Assembly: GCA_027718005.1 (NCBI GenBank)
Contig: JALLOP010000003.1
Location: 1-35,545 of the forward strand
Direction: 5' to 3'
Origin: Patescibacteria group bacterium AH-259-L07
GTDB lineage: Bacteria > Patescibacteriota > Patescibacteriia > UBA2591 > UBA6264
Length of the DNA: 35,545 bases
The translations under genes and the position numbers were made by a program. The notes beneath the pieces were generated by a model. It saw only the letters and a program-made list of their open reading frames with translations. It did not search any database and was not told the DNA's origin. Below are positions 1 to 7,450 of the stretch, one piece after another (position 1 is the stretch's first letter; every line of letters starts with the position of its first letter).

Positions 1-1
1 A

Positions 2-52
2 CATGGTTTTACTGTTGATGATATTCATAAAACTATTAAAGTACAACTATGA
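2..52 (+). CDS. 3' end of an upstream gene truncated by the window (…HGFTVDDIHKTIKVQL*)
   Basis: Open frame from the window edge to TGA 50-52, overlapping the thrC start as ATGA. Confidence 0.5.
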   Translation, partial: HGFTVDDIHKTIKVQL

Positions 53-1341
53 AGTTTTATAGTACGAACAATAAAAAATTACGAGCTTCATTAAGGAAAG
101 CGATTCTTAAGGGATTGGCTGAAGATGGAGGCCTGTTTATGCCAGAGAAGATCCCTCAGCTTTCTGCTGGATTTTTTATTAGTAGTGCAGATCTGTCTTT
201 TCAGGAAATTTCTCTTGAAGCGCTTCGGCCATATTTTGAGGACGATATTCCTATAAACATACTTCAGGAAATTATCAAGGGTGCATTTAATTTTGATGCG
301 CCGTTGGTGAGATTAGATGACAAAATCTATGTGTTAGAGCTTTTTCACGGACCGACATTAGCATTTAAAGATTTTAGTGCGCGGTTTATGGCGCGGGTGA
401 TGTCATATTTAATAAGAAATTCTGATGATGAGCTTTTTGTATTGGTGGCAACGTCTGGTGATACGGGCAGCGCAGTAGCAAATGGGTTTTTAGGAGTAGA
501 AGGAATTAAGGTAGTTATTCTTTACCCCAGCGGGAAAGTAAGCGAGATTCAAGAAAAGCAATTAACAACCATGGGTAATAATATTACCGCGCTCGAGATC
601 AAAGGAGCATATGATGATTGTCAAAAATTAGTAAAGGCTGCTTTTGTTGATAAAGAGTTATCTTATCAAATGCAATTAACTTCAGCAAATTCAATTAATA
701 TTGCGCGTCTCTTGCCGCAAATTTGCTACTATATGTATGCGTATGCTCAGTTGAAAGACAAAGAAGTTGTTTTTTCTGTGCCGAGCGGTAATTTTGGAAA
801 TCTTACTGCAGGGCTTATTGCAAAAAAGATGGGACTGCCAGTACGTATGTTTGTTGCCGCAACAAACATTAATGATAGTGTTCCGCGGTATTTAGAATCA
901 GGCAGATTTGAGCCGCATCCATCGTATTCTACAATATCCAATGCTATGGATGTGGGTAATCCAAGCAATTTTTCCCGGATGCTTGAATTGTATAATAATG
1001 ATATTGATGCAATGCGAAAGGATGTACACGGAGTACGTTTTACTGATAAGCAAACCAGAGGCATAATAAAACAGGTGCATCAACAGTATAATTATATTCT
1101 AGATCCACATGGCGCAGTTGGATATTTAGGTCTTAAAAATTTGGAAGCTAAGCTTCCAAATAATAGAAATGGCATTTTTTTAGAAACTGCGCATCCAGCT
1201 AAGTTTTTAGACGTTGTTCAGCCGCTCGTTAAAGAGAAAATACAGATTCCTTCTCGATTACAGAAATGTTTAGATAAGAAAAAACAGTCAATTGTATTGT
1301 CAAATAAGTTTGAGGAATTAAAATTATTTCTTTTGAGTTAG
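49..1341 (+). CDS. thrC: Threonine synthase (long type, PLP-dependent)
   Basis: GLAEDGGLFMP, LELFHGPTLAFKDF (PLP lysine), ATSGDTG, NSINIARLLPQ, VPSGNFGN, SNAMDVGNPSN, ETAHPAKF. Confidence 0.97.
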   Translation: MKFYSTNNKKLRASLRKAILKGLAEDGGLFMPEKIPQLSAGFFISSADLSFQEISLEALRPYFEDDIPINILQEIIKGAFNFDAPLVRLDDKIYVLELFHGPTLAFKDFSARFMARVMSYLIRNSDDELFVLVATSGDTGSAVANGFLGVEGIKVVILYPSGKVSEIQEKQLTTMGNNITALEIKGAYDDCQKLVKAAFVDKELSYQMQLTSANSINIARLLPQICYYMYAYAQLKDKEVVFSVPSGNFGNLTAGLIAKKMGLPVRMFVAATNINDSVPRYLESGRFEPHPSYSTISNAMDVGNPSNFSRMLELYNNDIDAMRKDVHGVRFTDKQTRGIIKQVHQQYNYILDPHGAVGYLGLKNLEAKLPNNRNGIFLETAHPAKFLDVVQPLVKEKIQIPSRLQKCLDKKKQSIVLSNKFEELKLFLLS

Positions 1342-1347
1342 GTTTTA

Positions 1348-1387
1348 GGGTCCCGACCTCCAAGAGGAGGTCGGGACCCGGAGGGGG
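1348..1387. repeat. GC-rich palindromic element (CCGACCTCC/GGAGGTCGG family)
   Basis: Perfect 14-bp stem gggtcccgacctcc-aaga-ggaggtcgggaccc plus ggaggggg tail; inverted relative at 10954-10992. Confidence 0.85.
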
Positions 1388-1462
1388 CGTTTGAGGAATT
1401 AAAGTCATTTCTTTTGTCTTGATTTCTCACTTTGCTCGGGATGACAAAAAAAGTGGGATGAC

Positions 1463-1493
1463 AAAAAAGAGACATGGTATTCCATGCTCTTTT
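1463..1493. terminator. Probable bidirectional intrinsic terminator
   Basis: aaaaaa-gagacatgg-tatt-ccatgctc-tttt between convergent genes. Confidence 0.6.
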
Positions 1494-3030
1494 AGTATTC
1501 ATTAAATTCTCGATCATTATGGTCTTCTAAACGGCCGCGTCCGTATCTCCCCCCAAATGTATAAGTGCCAAATCCATATTCATCTACAAATATAAAGGTT
1601 TTAGTGACAAAATTTACATTAAGGGGTCCAAAATAGAAATCAGGGTCAGCAGCAGGCAGGCTATAAGTCCATACTTCATAGGTAATATCTCCTGTTCGCA
1701 GGCTTAAAAACTCTTTTTCTTTACGAGCATTATTTTGAGGGATTGGTGGTCCATATCTAATACAGACCATTTTTCGAAAGTCCCCCGTAAATGTATAGTG
1801 TTCATTTGCATATGCAACGCGGTAGTAGTGTTGTCCCATTTCATGTTTACCGCCGTGTTTTTTCCAGAATGCACGGTACAGTTTTTCTTTTTCCCTACCT
1901 TTTGCCTTTTTTAATTTTTTAATAACTTTTCGAGGCGGAGGATCAGTAATATAGGGTAGATTATTAATAAGTTCATTAAGCTCTACTGTTGTTTGCGGGA
2001 CAGGAGAGTAAATCCGTATTGCTTTGGCTACGCTGCGACTGCCGAGCTCAGCAATATCTGTATTTTTATCTTGTATTGAAGCTTGTAATACTAATTGATA
2101 TATACCATTTTTTGCATTTTGGGGAATACTAAATTGAATGCCGACAGTTTGCCGATGTACATTGGGGATAATTTCAAATATTTGTTTGCCTTCAACAACT
2201 TCATTTTTCTCAGAAAAGAGATTATACGTTATAACAAGTTGTTTATTATTATATGAGAGCAGTTGGTATGGCTGTGCATAATAAGCTTCAAAAACAGCAT
2301 TTATAGGGCAATGTGAATCAAGTGTTTGTGAGTTAAGCGGAACAATATCTGTTTTGTTTATTGTTGAATCAAGTATATCGTTAAAGAACTTTTTCCCTTC
2401 AGCAATACCGTTAAAAAATAAAGGATCAGACAAGTTTAGAGCGCCGGTATGAACATTTCTCATAATTATAGGAATAGTAATTTGAGACGGCGGCCTTGTG
2501 GTTGCCTTGTCAGTAATTCTAATGTTAAGTTGATAACTGCCTTGTCCTTTCAGACGTAATATCATCCCTGTATAGGTAAATGGATCTCTGGTTTTGTTAT
2601 AATCAGTTATAGCGCTCGTGGCTCCAGGGTTGCTTATATAGACAATCATAGAATCATTTTTATCATTGAAAATCCAGAGCTCGACATCATATTTTGCTTG
2701 AAATGTGCTATTATGTTTTGTAAATATAAGCTCAGAAAAAGGAATAATAGGGTAGGCAGACGCGACACTTTTTTCAAAAGAATCAGGGTCGGCAATATTA
2801 AATATTTCTGTGTAGAATCGCGGTTGTGTTTGCGATATATTATGAGGTTTTGATTGATCTAGTATTGATACGTTTTGTCTGATACCAGTACAGCCGATTA
2901 AGATAACTGAGAATAGTGCCATCACTTTCAGTGCTCGATTTTTCATCCCGTTAGAAATTCTTTGTTTTTCTAACATTATTTCTCCTTTCTTTTCTCTGCC
3001 CCCGCTAGCAAAATTTCTAACGGGGTTCAT
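1492..3030 (-). CDS. Lipoprotein with a degenerate GWxTD-like C-terminal domain; N-terminal 28 aa derive from an inserted element
   Basis: Signal peptide and lipobox LIGC after Met29; YYRVAYANEHY…IRYGPP…YEVWTY…FIFVDEYGFG parallels 3228..4640; SD GGAGG upstream of 3030. Confidence 0.75.
   Translation of the reverse strand: MNPVRNFASGGREKKGEIMLEKQRISNGMKNRALKVMALFSVILIGCTGIRQNVSILDQSKPHNISQTQPRFYTEIFNIADPDSFEKSVASAYPIIPFSELIFTKHNSTFQAKYDVELWIFNDKNDSMIVYISNPGATSAITDYNKTRDPFTYTGMILRLKGQGSYQLNIRITDKATTRPPSQITIPIIMRNVHTGALNLSDPLFFNGIAEGKKFFNDILDSTINKTDIVPLNSQTLDSHCPINAVFEAYYAQPYQLLSYNNKQLVITYNLFSEKNEVVEGKQIFEIIPNVHRQTVGIQFSIPQNAKNGIYQLVLQASIQDKNTDIAELGSRSVAKAIRIYSPVPQTTVELNELINNLPYITDPPPRKVIKKLKKAKGREKEKLYRAFWKKHGGKHEMGQHYYRVAYANEHYTFTGDFRKMVCIRYGPPIPQNNARKEKEFLSLRTGDITYEVWTYSLPAADPDFYFGPLNVNFVTKTFIFVDEYGFGTYTFGGRYGRGRLEDHNDREFNEY
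2947..3025. mobile_element. MITE-like element with CCCGTTAGAAATT inverted repeats, inserted at a start codon
   Basis: 13-bp perfect IR 2947-2959 / 3012-3024, flanked by ttcat direct repeats (2942-2946, 3026-3030). Confidence 0.8.
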
Positions 3031-3044
3031 GGTTTACCTCCTTT

Positions 3045-3085
3045 CCGCGCCAAAATTTTTCAAAGAAAAACTTAGGCGGGTAAAT
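3045..3085. repeat. Imperfect palindromic insert in the 5' UTR
   Basis: ccgcgccaaaattttt…aaaaacttaggcgg interrupts ctccttt|gtaaaggaactg, which is contiguous in the paralog leader at 4648-4666. Confidence 0.7.
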
Positions 3086-3109
3086 GTAAAGGAACTGTTG
3101 ATTGTTTTT

Positions 3110-3138
3110 AAGGTAGCAGGGATATGTATTTGTGTCAA
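3110..3138 (-). promoter_or_regulatory. Sigma70-like promoter
   Basis: TTGACA-17 nt-TACCTT with TGn extension on the minus strand. Confidence 0.65.
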
Positions 3139-3157
3139 CACCGTTAGAGGATTTGTC

Positions 3158-3189
3158 AAAAAAATTAAGCGCTGATTTTCAGCGCCTAA
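3158..3189 (-). terminator. Intrinsic terminator of 3228..4640
   Basis: Minus strand ttaggcgctga-aaa-tcagcgcttaa followed by T7. Confidence 0.75.
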
Positions 3190-3227
3190 TTTCACTGTTG
3201 AGTTCGTAGAAGTTGTGTTCCGAGAGT

Positions 3228-4640
3228 TTAGTGTATCCGTATTTCACTGTTGAGTTCATGGAAGTTGTGCCACCGAATTTTACTGTATCCACCAGCACGC
3301 CCAAAGTCAAAGTCATTTATTCCAAAGTGGTCAACAAAGATGAAAACCTTATAATTATACTGGGTGTTTGTTAGATGAAAATAGAATGAGTGAGCTGCGG
3401 CATAATTAGGGTAGTGCCATAGTTCATACTTGATAGGAGGCACCCATCGCCAGTCGCTGCGTATCTCTTTGTCAGCAGGCGGGCCAAATTTAGTATATAC
3501 GCTTCCCATATCAGTGCGCCATCCACTATAGTATTTATTTGCATATTTGACGCGTGCATAAAATTGTCTCATCACATCGTATCCTTGCTCTTCCCAGAAA
3601 TTACGAAGTACTCGAGCTTTTTCTTCTGCGGTTCTTGCTTTTTTAAAGTTCTTTTTCATTGTGTAGGGATGCGGAATAAAGAGTTTTAATGGTGCAACCA
3701 TTTTTTTCATTTCAGATATTGATCGGGGAATTGGCGAGGCAAAGTAAACAGTTTTTACTACGGTACGACTCGCGAGCTCTCTCTTATTTGTTTCAGGGTT
3801 GTGTAAATGTGCGGTAAGTATTAATTGATATAATCCGTCTTGGAATTCTTCTGGTAGATTGATTTGAAGAGTAATAATATCTTGTTTTGTGGTAACAGAA
3901 GCAGTATTGAATTGTTTTTTAAGTATGAGTTTGGTATCATTTCGGAGTTCATATTCTACTGTTATAGGTATTAAGGTAGTTTCAGTTTGATTTGAGTAAT
4001 ATGTTTCAAATGCGCATACTAGATTGTTCCATGGGCTGAGCGCAGAAGCATTAAGTGGAACAAGCTGGGAAATAGCCTGAGCAGTGTTGATAAGGTCAAG
4101 GTTTTTAATAATTATCAGGTCGCTGATATCAAATTCAGGCGAGAGTGATGTTATGGTTGCCGGGATTTGTAAAAATGCTGATCTCTTTGCTATCTTGTCA
4201 GTAACTTTTATATCCAGTATATAGTCGCCTGGTTCTCCTGTATATGGGATTGGATAGACAAAGGACTTGTTGGTATTATCAGCGATTTGGGCATAGGAAA
4301 GAGGCGGCGTGGTAAGTTTGAATATCTTATATTCTGAGGTTCCATTTTCATGATTGATACGAAACTCAATATCGAGTTTTGCCTGGTGTTTACCTTTTAT
4401 TCCTTTTATTTTTTTAAATTTGAGCTCAGAAAAAGGAATGCCTACGTAAATGTTAAGAGCTGCTGTTTTAGAGGAATCAGAATTTTGTATATTTGCTGTT
4501 TCTGCAATAAACTGCGGATGGCCTGTTGATATGTTGCGATGGAGTGGTTCATCAAAAGCAGAGGGTCGTGGAACAATACCGGCACAGCCAATCAGAAATA
4601 TTGAAATTAAGATCATTACGGTCATTGCTATCTTTTTCAT
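3228..4640 (-). CDS. GWxTD domain-containing lipoprotein
   Basis: Lipobox LIGC; RVKYANKYYSGWRTDMGSVYTKFGPP…YELWHY…FIFVD matches the GWxTD domain pattern; SD AAAGGAG. Confidence 0.85.
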   Translation of the reverse strand: MKKIAMTVMILISIFLIGCAGIVPRPSAFDEPLHRNISTGHPQFIAETANIQNSDSSKTAALNIYVGIPFSELKFKKIKGIKGKHQAKLDIEFRINHENGTSEYKIFKLTTPPLSYAQIADNTNKSFVYPIPYTGEPGDYILDIKVTDKIAKRSAFLQIPATITSLSPEFDISDLIIIKNLDLINTAQAISQLVPLNASALSPWNNLVCAFETYYSNQTETTLIPITVEYELRNDTKLILKKQFNTASVTTKQDIITLQINLPEEFQDGLYQLILTAHLHNPETNKRELASRTVVKTVYFASPIPRSISEMKKMVAPLKLFIPHPYTMKKNFKKARTAEEKARVLRNFWEEQGYDVMRQFYARVKYANKYYSGWRTDMGSVYTKFGPPADKEIRSDWRWVPPIKYELWHYPNYAAAHSFYFHLTNTQYNYKVFIFVDHFGINDFDFGRAGGYSKIRWHNFHELNSEIRIH

Positions 4641-4714
4641 GATTTGTCTCCTTTGTAAAGGAACTGATTGTTAAAGCTTGGATAAAGATATTACTCCTTA
4701 CAAGCTTCAAGGTT

Positions 4715-4747
4715 CTGGCGAAGTCACGTTAAGCGTGACGAAGCCAG
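4715..4747. repeat. Hairpin with symmetric GAA/GAA internal loop in the 5' UTR
   Basis: ctggc-gaa-gtcacg-ttaag-cgtgac-gaa-gccag. Confidence 0.6.
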
Positions 4748-4759
4748 GTTCTTATTTTA

Positions 4760-4788
4760 ATTGTATCTTATATTTTAAAGTTTGTCAA
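4760..4788 (-). promoter_or_regulatory. Sigma70-like promoter
   Basis: TTGACA-17 nt-TACAAT on the minus strand. Confidence 0.75.
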
Positions 4789-4794
4789 GGTTAA

Positions 4795-5075
4795 TGTGGT
4801 TGCACCCCTAGAATGTCACCCTTTAGCGCACAGCCCCAAGGTCTTAGTTTTCCACAGAAATATCAAGCGATTTTTAAAAATTTTTAAAAAAGATGCCAGA
4901 GAAACTTGTCCAGAAAATGACATTTAAGCTTAATATAGCTTATGCTAGGGCACTGGAGAGTATTTTAGTAACCTTGAGCATCCTTCGCCCCTTTTAATTC
5001 TATCATGTGTGCTTTCTCTATCAAGGTGACATTTTGGTGAACAGTAAGGGGTGACATTATCGCTGGATAACAACA
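4795..5075. mobile_element. Non-autonomous IS remnant with TGT…ACA ends (IS481/IS1202-like)
   Basis: Both ends read TGT-N14-AATGTCACCC inward; extra GGTGACATT at 5025-5033; no transposase. Confidence 0.6.
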
Positions 5076-5123
5076 GAGCACGCAAGAGCAAGACTTGAGC
5101 ATGCAAAACAAAAAGTGTAAAAC

Positions 5124-5159
5124 AAAAAAAGCTGGTGACCGAAGCCCCAGCTTTTTTTT
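5124..5159. terminator. Intrinsic terminator of 5180..6022
   Basis: A7-gctgg…ccagc-T8. Confidence 0.7.
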
Positions 5160-5179
5160 GTGAAGATTGGTTGAACGTA

Positions 5180-6022
5180 TTACTCCAGTGGTTCTGTTGA
5201 GCGAAAGATTCCGTCTTCCGTTCCAGCTAAGAGGTAACTGTTCGAGGTGATAGTAAGTGCCCAAATTGGAGAATTTGTTAAACCGGCGTTAATTTGCTCC
5301 CAGGTTTCGCCATTGTCAGTGGAGCGGAATGTCCCGTTGCTTTCAGTTCCGGCAAACACATCGCCGTTTGAATGAGTGGCAAGAGAAAGCACTTTATAGC
5401 CGACTAAGCCAGTTTGTCCCCAGGTTTTGCCGTTGTCAGTGGAGCGGAATGTCCCATCATCAGTTCCAGCTAAGAGATCATCGTCTGAATTAATGGTTAG
5501 GGAATGTATATATCGGTTTGTTAATCCAGTAGTATGTTGAATCCAATCCCGATCAACAGTGCTCCAGTGATAAATATAGCTGCCAGATGTTCCAACAAAA
5601 ACGTCATCGGTTGAGTTAATGGCTATCGAGAGTGCACGAAGTCCGAATCCTTTGTTTAACGTTTGTGTCCAGAAGCTATACGTATCATTGCCAGAACGAA
5701 AAACACCATCATAATACGTTCCGGCAAAGGCATCCGCGTCTGAATTAATGGCCAGAGAGAGTACCTTATAGCCGACTAAGCCAGTTTGTCCCCAGGTTTC
5801 GCCATTGTCAGTGGAGCGAAGCGCCCCGTTGTTTTCAGTTCCGGCAAAAACATCATTAGTTGGGCTGACAGCGAGGGATCTGACTATTCCATCATATCCT
5901 TGAGTTTGCTGCCAAAAAGGCGTTTCTTTGTCATCAGGAGTAGGGCCGGTCGGGCTTTTCTCACATCCGAGAAATACCAAGAAAATGCTGATGAGACCAA
6001 TCATTACTGTTCTTGCTTTCAT
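5180..6022 (-). CDS. Lipoprotein with BNR/Asp-box repeats (beta-propeller)
   Basis: Lipobox LGC; repeated RSTDNG(E/K)TW and (V/A)FAGT blades; SD AGGAGG. Confidence 0.88.
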   Translation of the reverse strand: MKARTVMIGLISIFLVFLGCEKSPTGPTPDDKETPFWQQTQGYDGIVRSLAVSPTNDVFAGTENNGALRSTDNGETWGQTGLVGYKVLSLAINSDADAFAGTYYDGVFRSGNDTYSFWTQTLNKGFGLRALSIAINSTDDVFVGTSGSYIYHWSTVDRDWIQHTTGLTNRYIHSLTINSDDDLLAGTDDGTFRSTDNGKTWGQTGLVGYKVLSLATHSNGDVFAGTESNGTFRSTDNGETWEQINAGLTNSPIWALTITSNSYLLAGTEDGIFRSTEPLE

Positions 6023-6088
6023 TTGTTTTTCCTCCTTTGTAAAGAGTGTTTTTACGGTTGAGCATACACCTTGTATGCTCTATTATCT

Positions 6089-6118
6089 ATAGTATGACAG
6101 ATTTTAAAAAAATGTCAA
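6089..6118 (-). promoter_or_regulatory. Sigma70-like promoter
   Basis: TTGACA with TACTAT (18 nt spacer) or CATACT (16 nt spacer); hairpin gagcataca-cct-tgtatgctc in the leader at 6060-6080. Confidence 0.5.
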
Positions 6119-6152
6119 CCCCTCGCATCACCCCTTGCATCAAATCATAAAT

Positions 6153-6172
6153 AAAAATCCCTTATGGGATTT
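6153..6172 (-). terminator. Possible weak terminator after the LysM-CHAP gene
   Basis: aaatccc-ttat-gggattt, T-rich tail on the minus strand. Confidence 0.4.
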
Positions 6173-6203
6173 AGTGTAATGCTCACGACTGACGTCGCTT
6201 ACA

Positions 6204-7415
6204 TTACTTTGGGTAAATATAGCCAAGGATTTTCCAGCCGCCTTGCCATACCCCGGTTTTATTTTCAATCGTACGTTGTGAATAGGCACGCGGCTTAATG
6301 CCATTCATTTCTGAAATCGTAATAGTATTTTCATCAAAACTTTCTACATAGGCAACATGACCATAACGGCTGCATAACCAGCTCGTACAGGTCATGGCAA
6401 CAATTGCCCCTTCTCTTGGAGAATTCCCTGTTTCATATCCCGCGCGTTTTGCATTATAATACCAGGATTTTGCATGCCCCCATGAGGGAACGCATTGCCC
6501 CTCTTCATCAGCCCATTGATATGCCACCCAGGAAGTGCATTGTCGGGCAATAAATCTATGACATTTTGAAGTTTTCCACCAATCCCAAAAACCAGAATAA
6601 TCTTCGTTTACAAATACTGGTGTTTGGATTTTTGGTTTCGGGGCGGGAGGAGGAGAGCCATCAGGAATGATAAGAACTTCTCCTGGTTCAAGTATTGAGG
6701 TTATCGTAAGATTATTAAATTGAACAATATTTTCTACAGCGGCCCTATATTTTTGAGCGATAGAAGACAGGGTTTCTCCTGTTTTTACTTTGTGCGTAAT
6801 ACCGTTTGTTGGTAATATTTTCAGCTCATCACCTGGTTTAATAATTGACCAATAACTGAGATTATTTTCCCATAAAACCGTAGACCATTTTAGGCCAAAG
6901 TTTTCAGCAATAGAAGAGATGGTATCACCGGGCTGGACAATATAGGTTTCTATTTCAGATCGTGTTAATGGGGCAGGGTTGTTAAATTCAGTGGCAGGAG
7001 TAATTAATGCTGAATCTTCAAGGCTTAATGCAATTTCACTGATACTTGCCGTATCATCATATTGAAGTGCAGCAATTTCAAAGTCAAGTTGGGCAGTTTT
7101 ATCGATAGCAGCAGTTCCAGATTCAATAATGATTGCTTCATTTTTAGATGCAAAATAGGAAAATAAAGAATATGAAAAGAAAACAAAAGCACCGATAACC
7201 AGAAGTATCGGCAGCTTTTTTTTAAGCAAGGGATGGTTGTAAAATTTTTTTACGTTATTAATCCTTTTTTGTATATAAACATGAGTTAATTGATTGGGTT
7301 GGCTGGGTTGATTTCTTAATTTTTTTTCCACAAAATCTGGGCGGGCTTGTTTTGACAAGCGCTTAATGCTATTATATATTATACTGAATATACTGATAAA
7401 TCGGGATTTTTGCAT
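6204..7415 (-). CDS. Membrane-anchored 2xLysM + CHAP peptidoglycan hydrolase (true start probably downstream of 7415)
   Basis: TM segment; YIVQPGDTISSIA and HKVKTGETLSSIA LysM repeats; CHAP motifs QCTSWV, YGHVAYVE, ISEMN. Confidence 0.9.
   Translation of the reverse strand: MQKSRFISIFSIIYNSIKRLSKQARPDFVEKKLRNQPSQPNQLTHVYIQKRINNVKKFYNHPLLKKKLPILLVIGAFVFFSYSLFSYFASKNEAIIIESGTAAIDKTAQLDFEIAALQYDDTASISEIALSLEDSALITPATEFNNPAPLTRSEIETYIVQPGDTISSIAENFGLKWSTVLWENNLSYWSIIKPGDELKILPTNGITHKVKTGETLSSIAQKYRAAVENIVQFNNLTITSILEPGEVLIIPDGSPPPAPKPKIQTPVFVNEDYSGFWDWWKTSKCHRFIARQCTSWVAYQWADEEGQCVPSWGHAKSWYYNAKRAGYETGNSPREGAIVAMTCTSWLCSRYGHVAYVESFDENTITISEMNGIKPRAYSQRTIENKTGVWQGGWKILGYIYPK
7352..7380 (+). promoter_or_regulatory. 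Sigma70-like promoter for leuS and downstream genes
   Basis: TTGACA-17 nt-TATATT, 70 nt upstream of the leuS ATG. Confidence 0.7.
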
Positions 7416-7450
7416 AGGAGTATATTAGCAATATTATTAAAAAAGGCAAT

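Noticed and set aside
1309-3269. Diversity-generating retroelement TR/VR pairs from the duplicated 3' ends
   Set aside because: Repeats are only about 30 bp, mismatches are not adenine-specific, and there is no reverse transcriptase in the window
4678-5072. Possible oriC from DnaA-box-like 9-mers (e.g. ttttccaca at 4848)
   Set aside because: Only scattered mismatched boxes and no dnaA/dnaN context; the IS-end reading explains the repeats better
4965-5264. 99 aa minus-strand ORF
   Set aside because: Overlaps the end of 5180..6022, crosses its terminator and the IS-like remnant; no recognisable motif
7260-7415. N-terminal ~50 aa of the LysM-CHAP ORF as true coding sequence
   Set aside because: Overlaps the leuS promoter on the other strand and a partial palindromic element, with no SD; start left uncertain
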